64,000 nucleotides of DNA, from the NCBI GenBank assembly GCA_963696385.1, contig CAVOKF010000002.1, positions 1 to 64,000 of the forward strand, read 5' to 3'. The stretch comes from an uncultured delta proteobacterium (lineage in GTDB: Bacteria; Myxococcota_A; Polyangia; Polyangiales; Polyangiaceae). The notes beneath the pieces are model-generated. The model did no database searches. It was not told the DNA's origin and saw only the letters and a list, made by a program, of their open reading frames with translations. This document shows, one piece after another, positions 40,215 to 51,475 of the stretch (within the stretch, counting starts at the first letter, position 1; every line of letters begins with the position of its first letter). The position numbers and the translations under genes are program-made.

Positions 40215-40480
40215 GCCCGCCTCGCTGTTGGCCAGTCCGAGACCCCATTCAAGTGGGTGTGAACACCACTGCCGTTTGCTGGCGGAGCACGAGCACCGGC
40301 GTCGCTCGTTACGTGGTTTACATACGGACGAAAGCGACCCACCGCCACCAGGTACTTGTCTATCCGGAACCCACTCACCGTCGCGGGATCTGTCAAATTC
40401 GTCGGGCCGCCGCTAGTACCTCGATTCCGCGGAATGGAAGGGTCGTTTTCCGCGATATTCCCGACGGGATCGGGTGGTCT
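40215..40480 (-). pseudogene. Formylglycine-generating-enzyme (SUMF1) domain fragment
   Basis: ATVSGFRIDKYLVAVGRFR. Confidence 0.55.
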
Positions 40481-40514
40481 CACCCCTCCGTTTCATGGAA
40501 TCGGGGTACTAGTG

Positions 40515-40994
40515 CTAGTCGCCGGCTTCCGCGGCGAGGCGCCCTTCGGCATTCTCGCGCGGGCCGTACGCATCGACCAAGGCGCCTGCCTTGCCCAGTC
40601 CGAAGGGCATCATGTTCACGTACACGCTCTCGTAGTCGCCGGGCCGAACGCGGTACGTCTCGTGCCAGATGCCGACGTCGCCGTTCGTTCCGACGAGGCG
40701 GTTGAAGGTGCGCCATGCCGGAAGGTGCTCCGCGGTGCGGCTCTTCGCATAGCTCATGAGATGGCCTATCGATCTCCAGTACGACACCATCAGCGTCGTT
40801 CTTCCGAAGAACGACTCGGCGCCCAAGAACCCGAGATCCGGATTGCGCGCGAGCTCGGCGACCATTCGAGGCATCGCCAAGGCGACGCGGAGCCATTGGT
40901 GGACCTTCCACCACCGATTGACGCGCATGCCGATGAGAAAGACCACGAATTCACCCTGCATCCGTCCCGCCAGTCGCTTTTGGATCGTCGCCAT
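40515..40994 (-). CDS. DUF4188-like (monooxygenase-fold) protein
   Basis: FVVFLIGMR, YWRS, HLPAW, VGIWHETY. Confidence 0.8.
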   Translation of the reverse strand: MATIQKRLAGRMQGEFVVFLIGMRVNRWWKVHQWLRVALAMPRMVAELARNPDLGFLGAESFFGRTTLMVSYWRSIGHLMSYAKSRTAEHLPAWRTFNRLVGTNGDVGIWHETYRVRPGDYESVYVNMMPFGLGKAGALVDAYGPRENAEGRLAAEAGD

Positions 40995-41028
40995 GGGAGC
41001 CGCCCTTTCGCCGTTAACAGCGTTCACT

Positions 41029-41643
41029 TTATTGCTGAAGTGGAGGTTCCGCAGCGAGCCCCGCGACGAGCTGTTCGGTCGCTCGCTCGTACAGGCGGAC
41101 GAACTTTGCCTCGCTTCCGACGCGGACCAGGTGTCCGGTGAGCCAGAGTGACACCAGGCCGTGCACGTGTGCCCAGATGACCGTCGCGACGTCGTGGGCG
41201 TCTGCCTCCCTAAGCACCCCCGCTGCCATGCACTCTCGAACGCGATCCACCAAAAACTGGAACGTCGGCTCCGGTGCTCTCGCCTTCACGATGGGTCGTG
41301 TCTTCTGAAAGTCCAAGGCCTCGCCCATGAAAAGGACGCGATAATCACGAGCATTCTCGATACCGAAGCGCAGGTATTGTTCGGATGCACCGGCAAGCCG
41401 CCGGCGAGGTGTGGGCTCCGACAAGGCGCGCACGAGGTACGAATAAAAGATCTGGAGACCTGCATCGCACACCTGGGCGAGAAGAGCTTCCTTTCCGTCG
41501 TAGTGCCGGTAGATCGCCGCGGCCGATACGCCGGCCCGGCGCGCCACCTCCCGCAGCGAGAAGCGAGCGAATCCCTGTTCCAGGTAGAGATCGCGGGCTT
41601 TGGTGAGCAGGCGCGCCTTCGTTTCGTCACCGCCAAACGACAT
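41029..41643 (-). CDS. TetR family regulator (WHG-type)
   Basis: SLREVARRAGVSAAAIYRHY; WAHVHGLVSL. Confidence 0.92.
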   Translation of the reverse strand: MSFGGDETKARLLTKARDLYLEQGFARFSLREVARRAGVSAAAIYRHYDGKEALLAQVCDAGLQIFYSYLVRALSEPTPRRRLAGASEQYLRFGIENARDYRVLFMGEALDFQKTRPIVKARAPEPTFQFLVDRVRECMAAGVLREADAHDVATVIWAHVHGLVSLWLTGHLVRVGSEAKFVRLYERATEQLVAGLAAEPPLQQ

Positions 41644-41680
41644 GTGAACGGTGTTTACATAACCGGCCAGCCGTCGTCAA
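41642..41680 (-). promoter_or_regulatory. Promoter and operator of tetR
   Basis: TTGACG-17nt-TAAACA then 8 nt to ATG; palindrome ATGTAAAC-acc-GTTCACAT; second copy GTGAAC-gct-GTTAAC at 41013-41027. Confidence 0.65.
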
Positions 41681-41699
41681 GCCAGGTTGGGAAGGGCCG

Positions 41700-42000
41700 T
41701 ATTTGCCGTGACCCGGCCCGATATGCGGTGCCTCGAGCTACTCCGCGTTTGCATGCCAGAAGGAGTGCGCTGGACGACGCCAGGGGGCGGGCCGACGCTT
41801 TGGCTGGAGCTTCCCAAGGCGGTGGCCCTGAACCGACTCGGAGCGCGTCTTCATGACCGCGGAGTGAGCATCGAGTCGACGACGACCGCGTTCGAAGGCG
41901 AGCCGCATCTGCATGGCTTTCGCGTGAGTTACGCCTTCCTCCCACCTGAGACTCTCGAGCGGGCCGTCGAGAATCGTCGGAACGGCGAGCGCCGAAGAGC
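41700..42000 (+). pseudogene. PLP aminotransferase/MocR C-terminal fragment
   Basis: MPEGVRWTTPGGGPTLWLELP...FRVSYA. Confidence 0.6.
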
Positions 42001-42054
42001 TCTCTCACGAACTGCCGCGCCGCGGACGTGAAAGAGACTGCGGAGCGCCACCGG

Positions 42055-42340
42055 TTACCTGGGTATTTGGTTCCATGACTCCGTAGACGACCACGTTCTC
42101 CATCCTTCGGCGGAACCGCCCGAAACGGACGAGAGGGTGCCTAGCACCCAGGCATGGGGTACGTCACTCTCCCGACCGAGCCGACGTGCCTCCACGAAGA
42201 ACGGGCGCCTGACGGTCGTTGACCAACCACGCGGGCGAAAGAAGTCGAACCCATCCGGGGGCGCGAACTTCCATTCGGCGTTCGCCTGCGCCAGGACCTT
42301 GCCCCAGGCTCGCATGTTCCGCTTGAGGACCTCGGGCGCG
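42055..42340 (-). pseudogene. SAM-methyltransferase-like C-terminal fragment
   Basis: ANAEWKFAPPDGFDFFRPRGW. Confidence 0.35.
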
Positions 42341-42349
42341 TCATTGGGT

Positions 42350-43459
42350 TTACCCGATTCTTCGTCGAAACAACCATGCCGCCGCGGTCAGCGTGACGGC
42401 AGCGATGCAGAGCAAGGGCCACGTATTGTTGACCACGTCTCCCGGGCCCATTCCTTTCAGAAAGATGCCGCGCGCAATCACGAGGAAGTACCGGAGCGGG
42501 TTGACGAGCGTCAGCGGCTGCAGCCACGACGGCGTGCTCTCGATGGGCGTGGCGAAGCCCGAAAGGAGCGTTGCCGGGGCAAGGAACAGAAACGCGCCGA
42601 GGATCGCCTGCTGCTGCGTCGCTGAGAGCGCAGAGATGAAGAGCCCGACGCCAACGACCGACGCGAGGAAGAAAACCGCGCTGCCGTACAGGAGCAGCAC
42701 CGATCCGCGCATCGGCACGCCGAACCCGAACACGGCGACGACCACGTAGAGCGTGATGTGGAGGAATACGAACGCGAGCGGAGGAAGCACCTTGCCGAGC
42801 AGAATCTCGTGCGTCCGCAAAGGCGCCACGAACAGCTGGTCGAACGTGCCAAGCTCACGCTCGCGCGCCACCGAGAGCGCTGTGACGATCAGCCCGATCA
42901 GTTGAGCGATGATCGGGATGAGCCCCGGCAACGTGAACCACCTGAACGTAAGGTTCGGGTTGAACCAGTTTCGCGCGACGACGTGCGGCGTGCTCGCCAA
43001 ACGGTGCGCGCGCTCGTTCTCGTCAGCGATGTAGGAGGTGACGATCTCGCCGAGGTACCCGTTGACGATTTGCGCCGCGTTCGAGCGGCGCCCGTCCAGA
43101 AGAATCTGCACGGAGGCCGGGCGACCGGCGACCAGATCGCGCGAAAAGTTCGGCCCGACATCGATGGCCGCGATCGCACGCTCCTGGTCGAGTGTCGCCC
43201 GCAGCTCCGACGGATGGTGCACCGGCACGACCGTGCGGAACGTGGGAGAGCCTTCGATGCGTCGAACGAGCTCGACGCCAGCCGCTCCTTCGTCGCGGTT
43301 GAGCCCCACTACGTCGACGTTCTTGACCTCCAGGGTGGCGGCAAACGTGAAGACCACGAGCTGGACGAGCGGTGGCACCACGAGAATGAAGCGACTCTTC
43401 GGATCGCGCAGCACCACGAGCAGCTCCTTCACGACGAGGGCGACCAGCCGCGTCCACAT
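42350..43459 (-). CDS. ABC-2 exporter permease (YbhR-like)
   Basis: LVVKELLVVLRDP, LSVARERELGTFDQL, LLSGFATPI, NPLRYF. Confidence 0.9.
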   Translation of the reverse strand: MWTRLVALVVKELLVVLRDPKSRFILVVPPLVQLVVFTFAATLEVKNVDVVGLNRDEGAAGVELVRRIEGSPTFRTVVPVHHPSELRATLDQERAIAAIDVGPNFSRDLVAGRPASVQILLDGRRSNAAQIVNGYLGEIVTSYIADENERAHRLASTPHVVARNWFNPNLTFRWFTLPGLIPIIAQLIGLIVTALSVARERELGTFDQLFVAPLRTHEILLGKVLPPLAFVFLHITLYVVVAVFGFGVPMRGSVLLLYGSAVFFLASVVGVGLFISALSATQQQAILGAFLFLAPATLLSGFATPIESTPSWLQPLTLVNPLRYFLVIARGIFLKGMGPGDVVNNTWPLLCIAAVTLTAAAWLFRRRIG

Positions 43460-43462
43460 CGT

Positions 43463-44411
43463 CAGGCCACCCGCTTTCTCGTCGTAAGGACGGCAAGCAG
43501 GAAGAAGAGCACGCCGTAAAGCGTGAGGACGGCAGCACGATGGCTGATCCCGAGTCTGCAGAGTGTATTTCTCGCTGGGGATGTATGGCCCTTGTTCCTG
43601 AGGAGCATTGCGAGCCCCGCGCGATCGACCGCCGGCGGTACTCCGCCTCGTCCATGAAGTGCGTCGTGACCATGACGGCAACGCCCTTCTCGACCAAGCT
43701 GTTGATGTGTGTCCAGAACTCGCGCCGGGTGATCGGATCGACGCCGGACGTCGGGGGGCCATCGAACAGGAGCTTGCCGCCGTTGAGCAAAAGCACGCGA
43801 TCGCAGGCCTCCGCCTCATCGAGGTACGACGTCGACCAGACCACGCCCACCCCCTCGCTCTTCAGGCCGCTCACGATGCGCCAGAGCTCGCGGCGCGAGA
43901 TGGGGTCGACGCCGACCGAAGGTTCGTCGAGCAGCAGAAGCCGGGGTTTCCGAATGAGCGCGCACGCCAGGCCAAGCTTCTGCTTCATGCCGCCGGAGAG
44001 CTTTCCCGCGTGGCGCGATGAAAAGCGCTTCAGATCGGTGAACGAGAGCAATTCCTCGAAGCGCGGTTTCCGGTCGGCGACGGGCAATCCGCGCAGGTCG
44101 GCGTACAGACGCAGGTTCTCCACCACGCTTAGGTCTTCGTAAAGGCCGAAACGCTGCGGCATGTATCCGATCGAGGCATGGATCCGGTCGGCATGACGGG
44201 TGGGATCGAAGCCCAAAACCTCGAGGCAGCCGTCCTCGGCTACGAGCAACCCGGCCATGATGCGGATGAGCGTCGTCTTGCCCGCCCCGTCCGGCCCCAC
44301 CAATCCCGTGATTTCCCCCTCGAAGACCGTTCCCGACACCGTGTCGAGAGCAGGAGCTCCGACGCCGAAACGCTTGACGAGTCGGTCCATCCGAACCAGG
44401 GGCTGCAACAT
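43463..44411 (-). pseudogene. YbhF-like dual ABC ATPase with internal deletion, plus tail remnant of a YbhS-like permease
   Basis: First NBD complete, fused at DGPP|TSGVDP to the end of the second NBD; LTLYGVLFFLLAVLTTRKRVA* at 43463-43535. Confidence 0.8.
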
Positions 44412-44415
44412 CGGC

Positions 44416-45420
44416 TCACCCTTCGCCCGTGGTGATCTGCAGAGTGACGGGCATACCTTGGCGCAACCCGGGATCGGGCTCGTCGACGATGACGCGTAGC
44501 CGGTAGACGAGATCGGTCCGGAGGTCCGGGGTCTCGACCGACTTCGGTGTGAACTCGGCCGTTGGAGAAATGAACCCGACGTGACCTCGATAGCGGTGCG
44601 AAGGGGCCGAGTCGCTGGAGACCTCCACATGCGAGCCGGGATGGATCCTGCCGAGCTCCGTCTCTGCGACGTACGCCCGCACCCACACCGAATGCGTCAG
44701 CGACAGGACGTAGACGATGTCGTTGGGGGCGACGATCGCGCCCGGCTCTCGCACCCGCGAGATCACGACGCCGTCCGACGGAGCGATGAGTCGCGAGTCG
44801 TCGAGCGCCGTCTGAGCCGACGCAAGGCGAGCGCGCGCCAAGGCAAGGGTGGCGCGCGCCGCGGCGATGTCCTCGGCCCGAGTTCCCTGCACGAGCAAGC
44901 GCAGCGAATCCGCCGCCGATGCGACTCGGGCGTCCGCCTGGCGGCTGGTCGAGACGGCGTTGTCGCAGTTCGAGCGCGAGAGCGTACCGTCGTTCACGAG
45001 CCTTTCGGCGCGTCGGAGCTCGAGGCGGGCGTTATCCTGAGCCGCTTTGGCTTCGTCGACCGCAGCTTTCCCACGAGCGATCTCTGCCGGTCGAGAGCCC
45101 GCGATGAGCTTCTGCAGGTTCGCGTCTTGAGCGTCGACATCGGCCCGATCGGCGCGAAGTTCATCCTCGAACGTTCGCGGGTCGAGGACCGCCATGGGGG
45201 CTCCTGCGTTCACGCTCTGACCCTCTTCGAGTTGCATTTGCTGGATGCGACCGGCAACGCGGAAGCCCAGCTCGACCTGCCGGATGTCGACGTTGCCGTA
45301 GAGGATCAGGAGGTTCGAGGCAACGCTCTTTCGACCGAGGCGACCGGTGCTCACCGACCAGATCCCAACGATCGCGATCGTCACCCCGAGCAGCAGCGCG
45401 ACTCCCTTGCGCGCCTTCAT
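44416..45420 (-). CDS. HlyD-family periplasmic adaptor (YbhG-like)
   Basis: YGNVDIRQV, APSDGVV, SPTAEFTPKSVET..LVYRLRV. Confidence 0.9.
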   Translation of the reverse strand: MKARKGVALLLGVTIAIVGIWSVSTGRLGRKSVASNLLILYGNVDIRQVELGFRVAGRIQQMQLEEGQSVNAGAPMAVLDPRTFEDELRADRADVDAQDANLQKLIAGSRPAEIARGKAAVDEAKAAQDNARLELRRAERLVNDGTLSRSNCDNAVSTSRQADARVASAADSLRLLVQGTRAEDIAAARATLALARARLASAQTALDDSRLIAPSDGVVISRVREPGAIVAPNDIVYVLSLTHSVWVRAYVAETELGRIHPGSHVEVSSDSAPSHRYRGHVGFISPTAEFTPKSVETPDLRTDLVYRLRVIVDEPDPGLRQGMPVTLQITTGEG

Positions 45421-45643
45421 CGCTTCCCTTGCCCGGGACGGACAGCGCCGGACGCCGCGTTCCAGCACTCGCTCCAGCAGCGCCAAACGTACCATTGGCC
45501 AGCGATGGTTGCAACTTCGCGCGCGTTGCCCGTCATTGCTTCGAGCGTGACGCAGGGGCGGGCACGGACGGCCGTTTTCCGGACGCGATCCAATTCGCTC
45601 AGCAGGTGGCTTTCGGCTAAGAATCTGTGCAGGGGACACCGTC

Positions 45644-46613
45644 GTGGAGTGCAACGTTCCGGTCACCGTTCGGACTCTTGTGTTGGTTCTGCTTGCGCCC
45701 CTGATGGCATGCGGCGGTCGCACGGGAGGGTCGCTAGGGACATCCGGCAGCACGTCGGCCGGATCGAGTGCGGCGAGCACGGGCTCTGTCTCGAGCAGGG
45801 GCTCTGTCTCGAGCATCGGCTCTGTCTCGAGCACCGGCTCTGTCCCGAGTACGGCGGCCCCTGCGGGGACCAGCGGCATCGGCACGGACGATGGCGGGTC
45901 GGGCACTGACGGTGGCAGTGATGGCGGCTCGGATTCGAGCATCAGCGCTTCCTCGAGCCTCACGGACGCCGCTGATGACGCTCTCGCCTGCAGTACGCCC
46001 CCGCCGGGCTGTGCTCGGACCCAAAATGCCGAAGTGTGCGGCCCTGGCTTCGTCTGCTGATCCGTCGCAGGGTTGCACCGCCACGGCGTGCACTTGCGAT
46101 CCGTCGGAGGGGTGGTTCTGCACCGCGGACTGCGGTGGGGGTTCTTGCATTCCCGTCGATGCGGCAACCCCCGGTGCTTCATGCCCGACAGCCCAGCCGG
46201 CGATGGGGAGCACGTGCGTCGGCCCAATCGCGTGCTCCTTCCCCGGCCTCTGCGGGTCGGTCATCTTCGAGTGTGGCACAACGCAGTCGTACTGGGCCGT
46301 GGCGACTACTGCGATGTGCAACGGCGCATGCCCCGCTGCAGAGCCCAAAGTGGGCGACCCGTGTATGGCCCCAGCAAAGTGCAGCTACACGTCGGCGTGC
46401 GGCGCCAACGATACGGTCTTTTGCAACGGAACGGGGACTGTTTCGATGATCATGGCGGGGACCTGTCCGGCGTGCCCGAGCCAAGAGCCGGCGCCGTTCT
46501 CGTCCTGTTCCGTCGCCCAGCAGTGCATGTTCACGAATGCGTGCGCGGGCACCGACGTCGCAACGTGTTCGAAAGGTGAGTGGAGCGTCCTTCGAGGGGA
46601 TTGCGAGATGTAA
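45644..46613 (+). pseudogene. Cys-rich lipoprotein, frameshift at ~46057
   Basis: Lipobox LMACGG, Ser/Gly linker; CPxxxPxxGxxC repeats continue in another frame. Confidence 0.65.
45782..45853. repeat. 4x18-bp tandem repeat (GSVSS[T/R/I])
   Basis: ggctctgtctcgagcaNN x4. Confidence 0.9.
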
Positions 46614-46636
46614 GCGCCGCGGCCGCGAAGCGCTGC

Positions 46637-47653
46637 TCAGGCCTCCGTGCTCACGACGGGAGAAACCGCCTTCGGCTTGCCGTCGAGCAGCTCAATCGAG
46701 CGGAGCCTCGCGTCGAGACCAGGGGCCGGGTGCACGGTGATCAGCTCGTCCGCGTCCGAGTGATCGATGAACGCGGCGACGTAGGCGTGCACTTCGTCGC
46801 GCGTGCCGACCGCCGCGTACGTCATCATCTGCTGGAGCTGCGCTCCGGCGGGGGATTCGATGAGCTCGTCCGCCTCCTCGTCCGTGAGCGTCCGCCCCTT
46901 CCCGAGGAGCAGGCGGACGCGCATCCGCTGCACAAACCGAAGCTGCTCGTGCGCCCGCTGCGCCGTGTCCGCAGCTATGACGGTGAGCCCGGGGATAACG
47001 TACGGAGCCGCGAGCTGCCGGGATGGGCGGAACTCACGACGGTAGAGCGCGACCGCGTCGACGAGGTCGTGCGGCGCGAAATGCGACGCGAACGCGTAGG
47101 GCAGACCGAAGGTTGCAGCCAACTTTGCGCCAAAGAGAGACGAGCCCAGGATGTACAAGGGTACCTTCGCGCCGCGACCTGGGATCGCGTTCACTCCGGG
47201 CACGCGCGTCTCATCCGCGAGGTAACCCTGAAGCTCGAGCACGTCTTCGGGGAACCGGTCGGACGCCGAGGCGGCGCGACGAAGCGCGTGCGTCGTCGTG
47301 AGATCGGTTCCCGGTGCGCGCCCGAGGCCGAGGTCGATGCGACCGGGATAGAGCGCCTCGAGCGTTCCGAACTGCTCGGCGATCACGAGCGGCGCGTGGT
47401 TGGCAAGCATGATGCCCCCCGCACCCACCCGTATGGTCCGCGTCTGCGATGCGACATGGGCTACGAGGATGCTGGTCGCCGAGGAGCCGATGCTCGCCAT
47501 GTTGTGGTGCTCGGCGTACCAGACTCGTTGGTAGCCGAGCTCCTCGGCGCGCTGCGCGATGGATACACTCGCACGGAACGCATCGCGCGCCGTCTGGCCC
47601 GGACCGATGATCGCGAGATCGAGGAGCGACAGAGGAACGGATCGACCTCTCAT
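46637..47653 (-). CDS. LLM-class (luciferase-like) flavin-dependent oxidoreductase
   Basis: [32 protein letters not shown]. Confidence 0.92.
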   Translation of the reverse strand: MRGRSVPLSLLDLAIIGPGQTARDAFRASVSIAQRAEELGYQRVWYAEHHNMASIGSSATSILVAHVASQTRTIRVGAGGIMLANHAPLVIAEQFGTLEALYPGRIDLGLGRAPGTDLTTTHALRRAASASDRFPEDVLELQGYLADETRVPGVNAIPGRGAKVPLYILGSSLFGAKLAATFGLPYAFASHFAPHDLVDAVALYRREFRPSRQLAAPYVIPGLTVIAADTAQRAHEQLRFVQRMRVRLLLGKGRTLTDEEADELIESPAGAQLQQMMTYAAVGTRDEVHAYVAAFIDHSDADELITVHPAPGLDARLRSIELLDGKPKAVSPVVSTEA

Positions 47654-47954
47654 GACCATCCATATTAAGCATGAGTGGAGCGCCGCGGGGCCGATTAGGG
47701 CTGACGATACTACGCCCACCAGTTCTCGACGGCCACTCCATTTGAGGCAAGGAAGGCACCGGCGCATCTCGGTAGCGCGTCACAGGAGGCGAGTCGGCTC
47801 ACTGCACAACTCGCCGAGCACGGGGCGCGCGGACACGGAAACGGGCCCACAAGCTCCTCTTCGACGACAGCGCTCCGCAGGGACTGATCGACTTCTTCGC
47901 CGGCACCTCCACGCGGGCGCAGTCCTGATGAAACACCCGTGCCGAGGGAACACT

Positions 47955-49229
47955 TTGGTCTACGACGTGATCATCGCCGGGGCCGGCCCGGTCGGCCTGT
48001 TCCTGGCCTGCGAGCTTCGGCTCATGAAGCTCTCCGTACTGGTGCTCGAACAACAGAAAGACCCCCACTCACCGCTGAAGCGGCTTCCGTTTGGACTGCG
48101 AGGGCTCTGGGGCCCAAGCATCGAAGCTTTCTACCGGCGCGGGCTTCTGGAACGGATTGCGGCCGAATCGCGTCCCGCGGGTGCGCCCGGCCAGTCGAGC
48201 CAGCCGACACCCGGGGCAGCGCAGCGCGGGCCGGCCGGCCACTGCGCGGGCATCCAGTTCGACCGCAGCCTCATCGACGCGGGGCGGTGGACGTATCGAC
48301 TGCCGGGCCCGTCCTCCATCCAGCTCGGGAGCGCGATGGAGCAACTCGAGCGCGTGCTCGCCGCTCACGCGATCTCCGTCGGCGTCGAGCTCCAACGCAG
48401 CCGCGGCGTCGACGGCTTCGAGACTTCGAACGATGAAGTTACCGTCTGTTCTGGCGAAGAGCGCTTTCGCGGGCTATTTCTCGTGGGCTGCGACGGCGGC
48501 CGCAGCACCGTCCGCAAGCAAGGTGGCTTCGAGTTCGTCGGTACCGATCCCGAGTTCACCGGATATTCGGTCCACGTCGACATTGCCGACCCGGAGAAAC
48601 TCCGCATGGGCCGGCAAGCGACCCCGACGGGCCATTACACGCAAGCGCAGGCAGGGTTCTGGCGTTTGCCGACTTCGACGGCGGCTCTTCCCACCGCGAA
48701 GAGCCGATCACGCGCGAGCACGTGCAAGCGGTGCTGCGGCGCGTGTCCAACACGGACGTAACCCTCACGGCGTTGCACCTCGTCTCGACATGGACCGACC
48801 GCTCGCTCCAAGCCACGACCTACCGCAAGGGACGCGTGCTCCTGGCGGGACGCCGCGCATGTGGACAAGGCTTGAACCCCGGGCTCGGAGACGCCATGAA
48901 CCTCGGCTGGAAGCTCGCTGCGACCGTCCGGGGGGATGCCCCCGATGGCTTGCTCGACAGCTACACCACGGAGCGGCACGCGGTCGGAGCGCGCATCCTC
49001 GCTGTTGGACTTCGACCGGCAGCCGTCGCTAAAAGCGCTTGATGGCCTTTGGGGCGACCATGTCAAGTACGTGGCGAGCGACGCCAAGGAGCGCCTTGGC
49101 CTCCGCGCGCTGCTCGTGCGTCCTGATGGATTCGTTGCATGGGCGTGCGATACGACTCCCAGTCCCGAGGAAGTCGCACGAGCGGCGGTGAGATGGTTCG
49201 CGAGCCGCGAACATTCACGCCATCAGTAG
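47955..49229 (+). pseudogene. FAD-dependent monooxygenase, frameshifted and internally deleted
   Basis: DVIIAGAGPVG, VGCDGGRSTVRK, GQGLNPGLGDAMNLGWKL, LLVRPDGFVAW spread over three frames; GDAAH motif lost. Confidence 0.85.
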
Positions 49230-49571
49230 CTGACAGGAAGCCGTTCGGCTGAAAGGACTACCGCGGCGTGCGAGCTGGCGATGCGAGGCACACCTTGGGG
49301 CACCGTGTCGGCGGCAACAACACTGTGTCGGCGGGCACGGGACCACTCCCCGTCCTGCGGCGGCGCGGGGAGAACGCACGCGCCGCCGTTTTGATCACGA
49401 AACGTTCGATCGCCGGCCACTTACGCGAACAGGATGCATCCTTCCGAAGCTCTCCCCCGCGCGCGCGGCGTTGCCAACGACCGCGCGGCTCAGCCTTTCC
49501 CGCCTGGCGGCGACCCGACGCGGCGCGCTGACCGACGCCATCGCGGGACGCCGGGCGTAAAAACGCGAACC

Positions 49572-51191
49572 GTGGTCCGCTCGATCCCATCGGCCCTCGT
49601 TGCACTGCTCACGGCAGCCGGGTCGCCGGCCCGCGCGCAGGCCGCGTCGGACGCCGGGACGAAAACGCTGATCGATTACTTTTTGCCGACGCCGATCATC
49701 TGTCCGCTGACCTCGAACACATGGGGCGCGGCTTCGGTTCTTCCGCGGGACATTTGCAACGGCCTCGAAGACTCGACCAACATGACGTGGCAGTACTGGG
49801 ACGGGAAGATCTTGGAAAATACGGACGGGAAATTCCACATTTATGCCGGGCGCTGGCCTCAGGACAAAGGCTTTGCCGACTGGCCTCAGTCCGTCATCGT
49901 CAAAGGCATCAGCAACGACACGGTTGTCGGATCGTACGTCCCAAGCACCAGTGCTCCTTTCACCGGCAAGGAGCAGAACGTGACGGGCATCGTTCTCAAC
50001 AATGGGAGCTTTGCCCTCATGGATAGCCCGGGCAACATCTATACGGCGACCTCGCTCGATGGTCCGTGGGCGTCGCAGGGTGTCATCTCCATCACGGCCA
50101 ACGGGTTCCCCATCGCGACGCAGACCACGGAGAACCAAACGATCTGGCAGAGCGCTCAGGGCAGCTTCCTCATCATCTCAAGGAACTTTCAGGTGATGGT
50201 GAGCAGCGAGAACATCCTCGGCCCGTATGTGATCCAGACGACCATTCCGGATCTTCAATCCGAGGGTTACGAAGACCCGGTGGTCTGGTGCAGCGGCGGG
50301 CAGTACCACCTGGTCGCGAACATGTACAACGCCCGCAAGGCGTATCATTTCACGTCGCCCGATGGCATTCACAACTGGACCAACAAGGGATTGGCCTACG
50401 ATCCGACCACCGATTTCGTGCGCTACACGGACGGAACGGTCAACAACTGGTACAAGGCGGAGAGACCCGGTGTGTTCTTGCAAGGGGGCCACGTCGTCGC
50501 CTTCAGTCTGGCGGTCGTCGACGTGGACAAGACGCTGGATCTCGCGAATGACAACCACGGAAGCAAAGTCATCGTCGTACCGTTCGACGGAGTGTCCCTC
50601 GATCGCGACGACCCAGGCCCCGGAAGCGCGGGTTGCCCTCTCGAGCCGGACGACGGCGGCAGCATCGACGCAAGCTATTACTCGGGCAGCGGCACCGACT
50701 CGGGCGGCGGGAGCTCGGACGCCGCCCAAGCGGAATCGAGCGCCGCCGACGCAGGCGCTTCGACCGGCTCCAGCGGGCTTGCCGACGCGTCCGAGCGCGT
50801 GGATGCCACGGCCGCGGGTGGCCCCATCGTCGACGCTGCTTTGTCCGACGAAGTCGGCGCGCTTGCAACGGCCGACGCTCAGGGCGGAGGCTCACAGGGT
50901 GGCGGATCGCAGGGTGGCGCAGATGGCGCGGGAGGCGCCCTCTCGAGCGACGGCGGGGGGGTCACACCTCCCAGCGCGAGCTCGAATGCGGGGGGCTGTT
51001 CGTGCCGAACGAGCGAAGGCGGTGGCGCGAACGGCGCGTTCGGGGCACTCATGATGGGCGTAGCGTTTGCCGTGTGGCGGAGGCGGTGGCGTGGCGTGAA
51101 CACGCTCTCAGCGGGGCACACCGGGCTCGGGGGTGACGGCGGCGAGGAGCGCGGGACGTTCCGGCGTGGCGCTCTCTCGCGAGAAGCCTAA
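49572..51191 (+). CDS. Secreted GH43-like beta-propeller glycosidase with MYXO-CTERM-like anchor
   Basis: YWDG, YEDPVVW, KAERP; low-complexity linker; GGCSC...hydrophobic...WRRRWR. Confidence 0.7.
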   Translation: MVRSIPSALVALLTAAGSPARAQAASDAGTKTLIDYFLPTPIICPLTSNTWGAASVLPRDICNGLEDSTNMTWQYWDGKILENTDGKFHIYAGRWPQDKGFADWPQSVIVKGISNDTVVGSYVPSTSAPFTGKEQNVTGIVLNNGSFALMDSPGNIYTATSLDGPWASQGVISITANGFPIATQTTENQTIWQSAQGSFLIISRNFQVMVSSENILGPYVIQTTIPDLQSEGYEDPVVWCSGGQYHLVANMYNARKAYHFTSPDGIHNWTNKGLAYDPTTDFVRYTDGTVNNWYKAERPGVFLQGGHVVAFSLAVVDVDKTLDLANDNHGSKVIVVPFDGVSLDRDDPGPGSAGCPLEPDDGGSIDASYYSGSGTDSGGGSSDAAQAESSAADAGASTGSSGLADASERVDATAAGGPIVDAALSDEVGALATADAQGGGSQGGGSQGGADGAGGALSSDGGGVTPPSASSNAGGCSCRTSEGGGANGAFGALMMGVAFAVWRRRWRGVNTLSAGHTGLGGDGGEERGTFRRGALSREA

Positions 51192-51475
51192 CGCCGGCGC
51201 CGCCTCGTCGCGCGAACCCGTTTCCGCGCCTCCTCACTGCTCGCTCATAGATCCGATCGTCGCGTAACTATCCAATCAGGCGGCAATTGCTCTCTTTCGC
51301 CTGGGAGGTCGTCTCGCAGGCGTGCGCTCGAGGCGCCTGAGTCGTCGTTCGGTCTCGCGCACTTCGGTTCACGAGCCGGTCGCCCCTCGGCCACTAACCG
51401 AACGCGCCGACAAACTTGGGTCATGGCCGACGATGAGCACCCGCTTGCGCGGTCGCGTGGAGCCGAAGAGGCGAA

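Noticed and set aside
45782..45853. Short tandem repeat as a CRISPR array
   Set aside because: No spacers, in-frame coding linker, no cas genes
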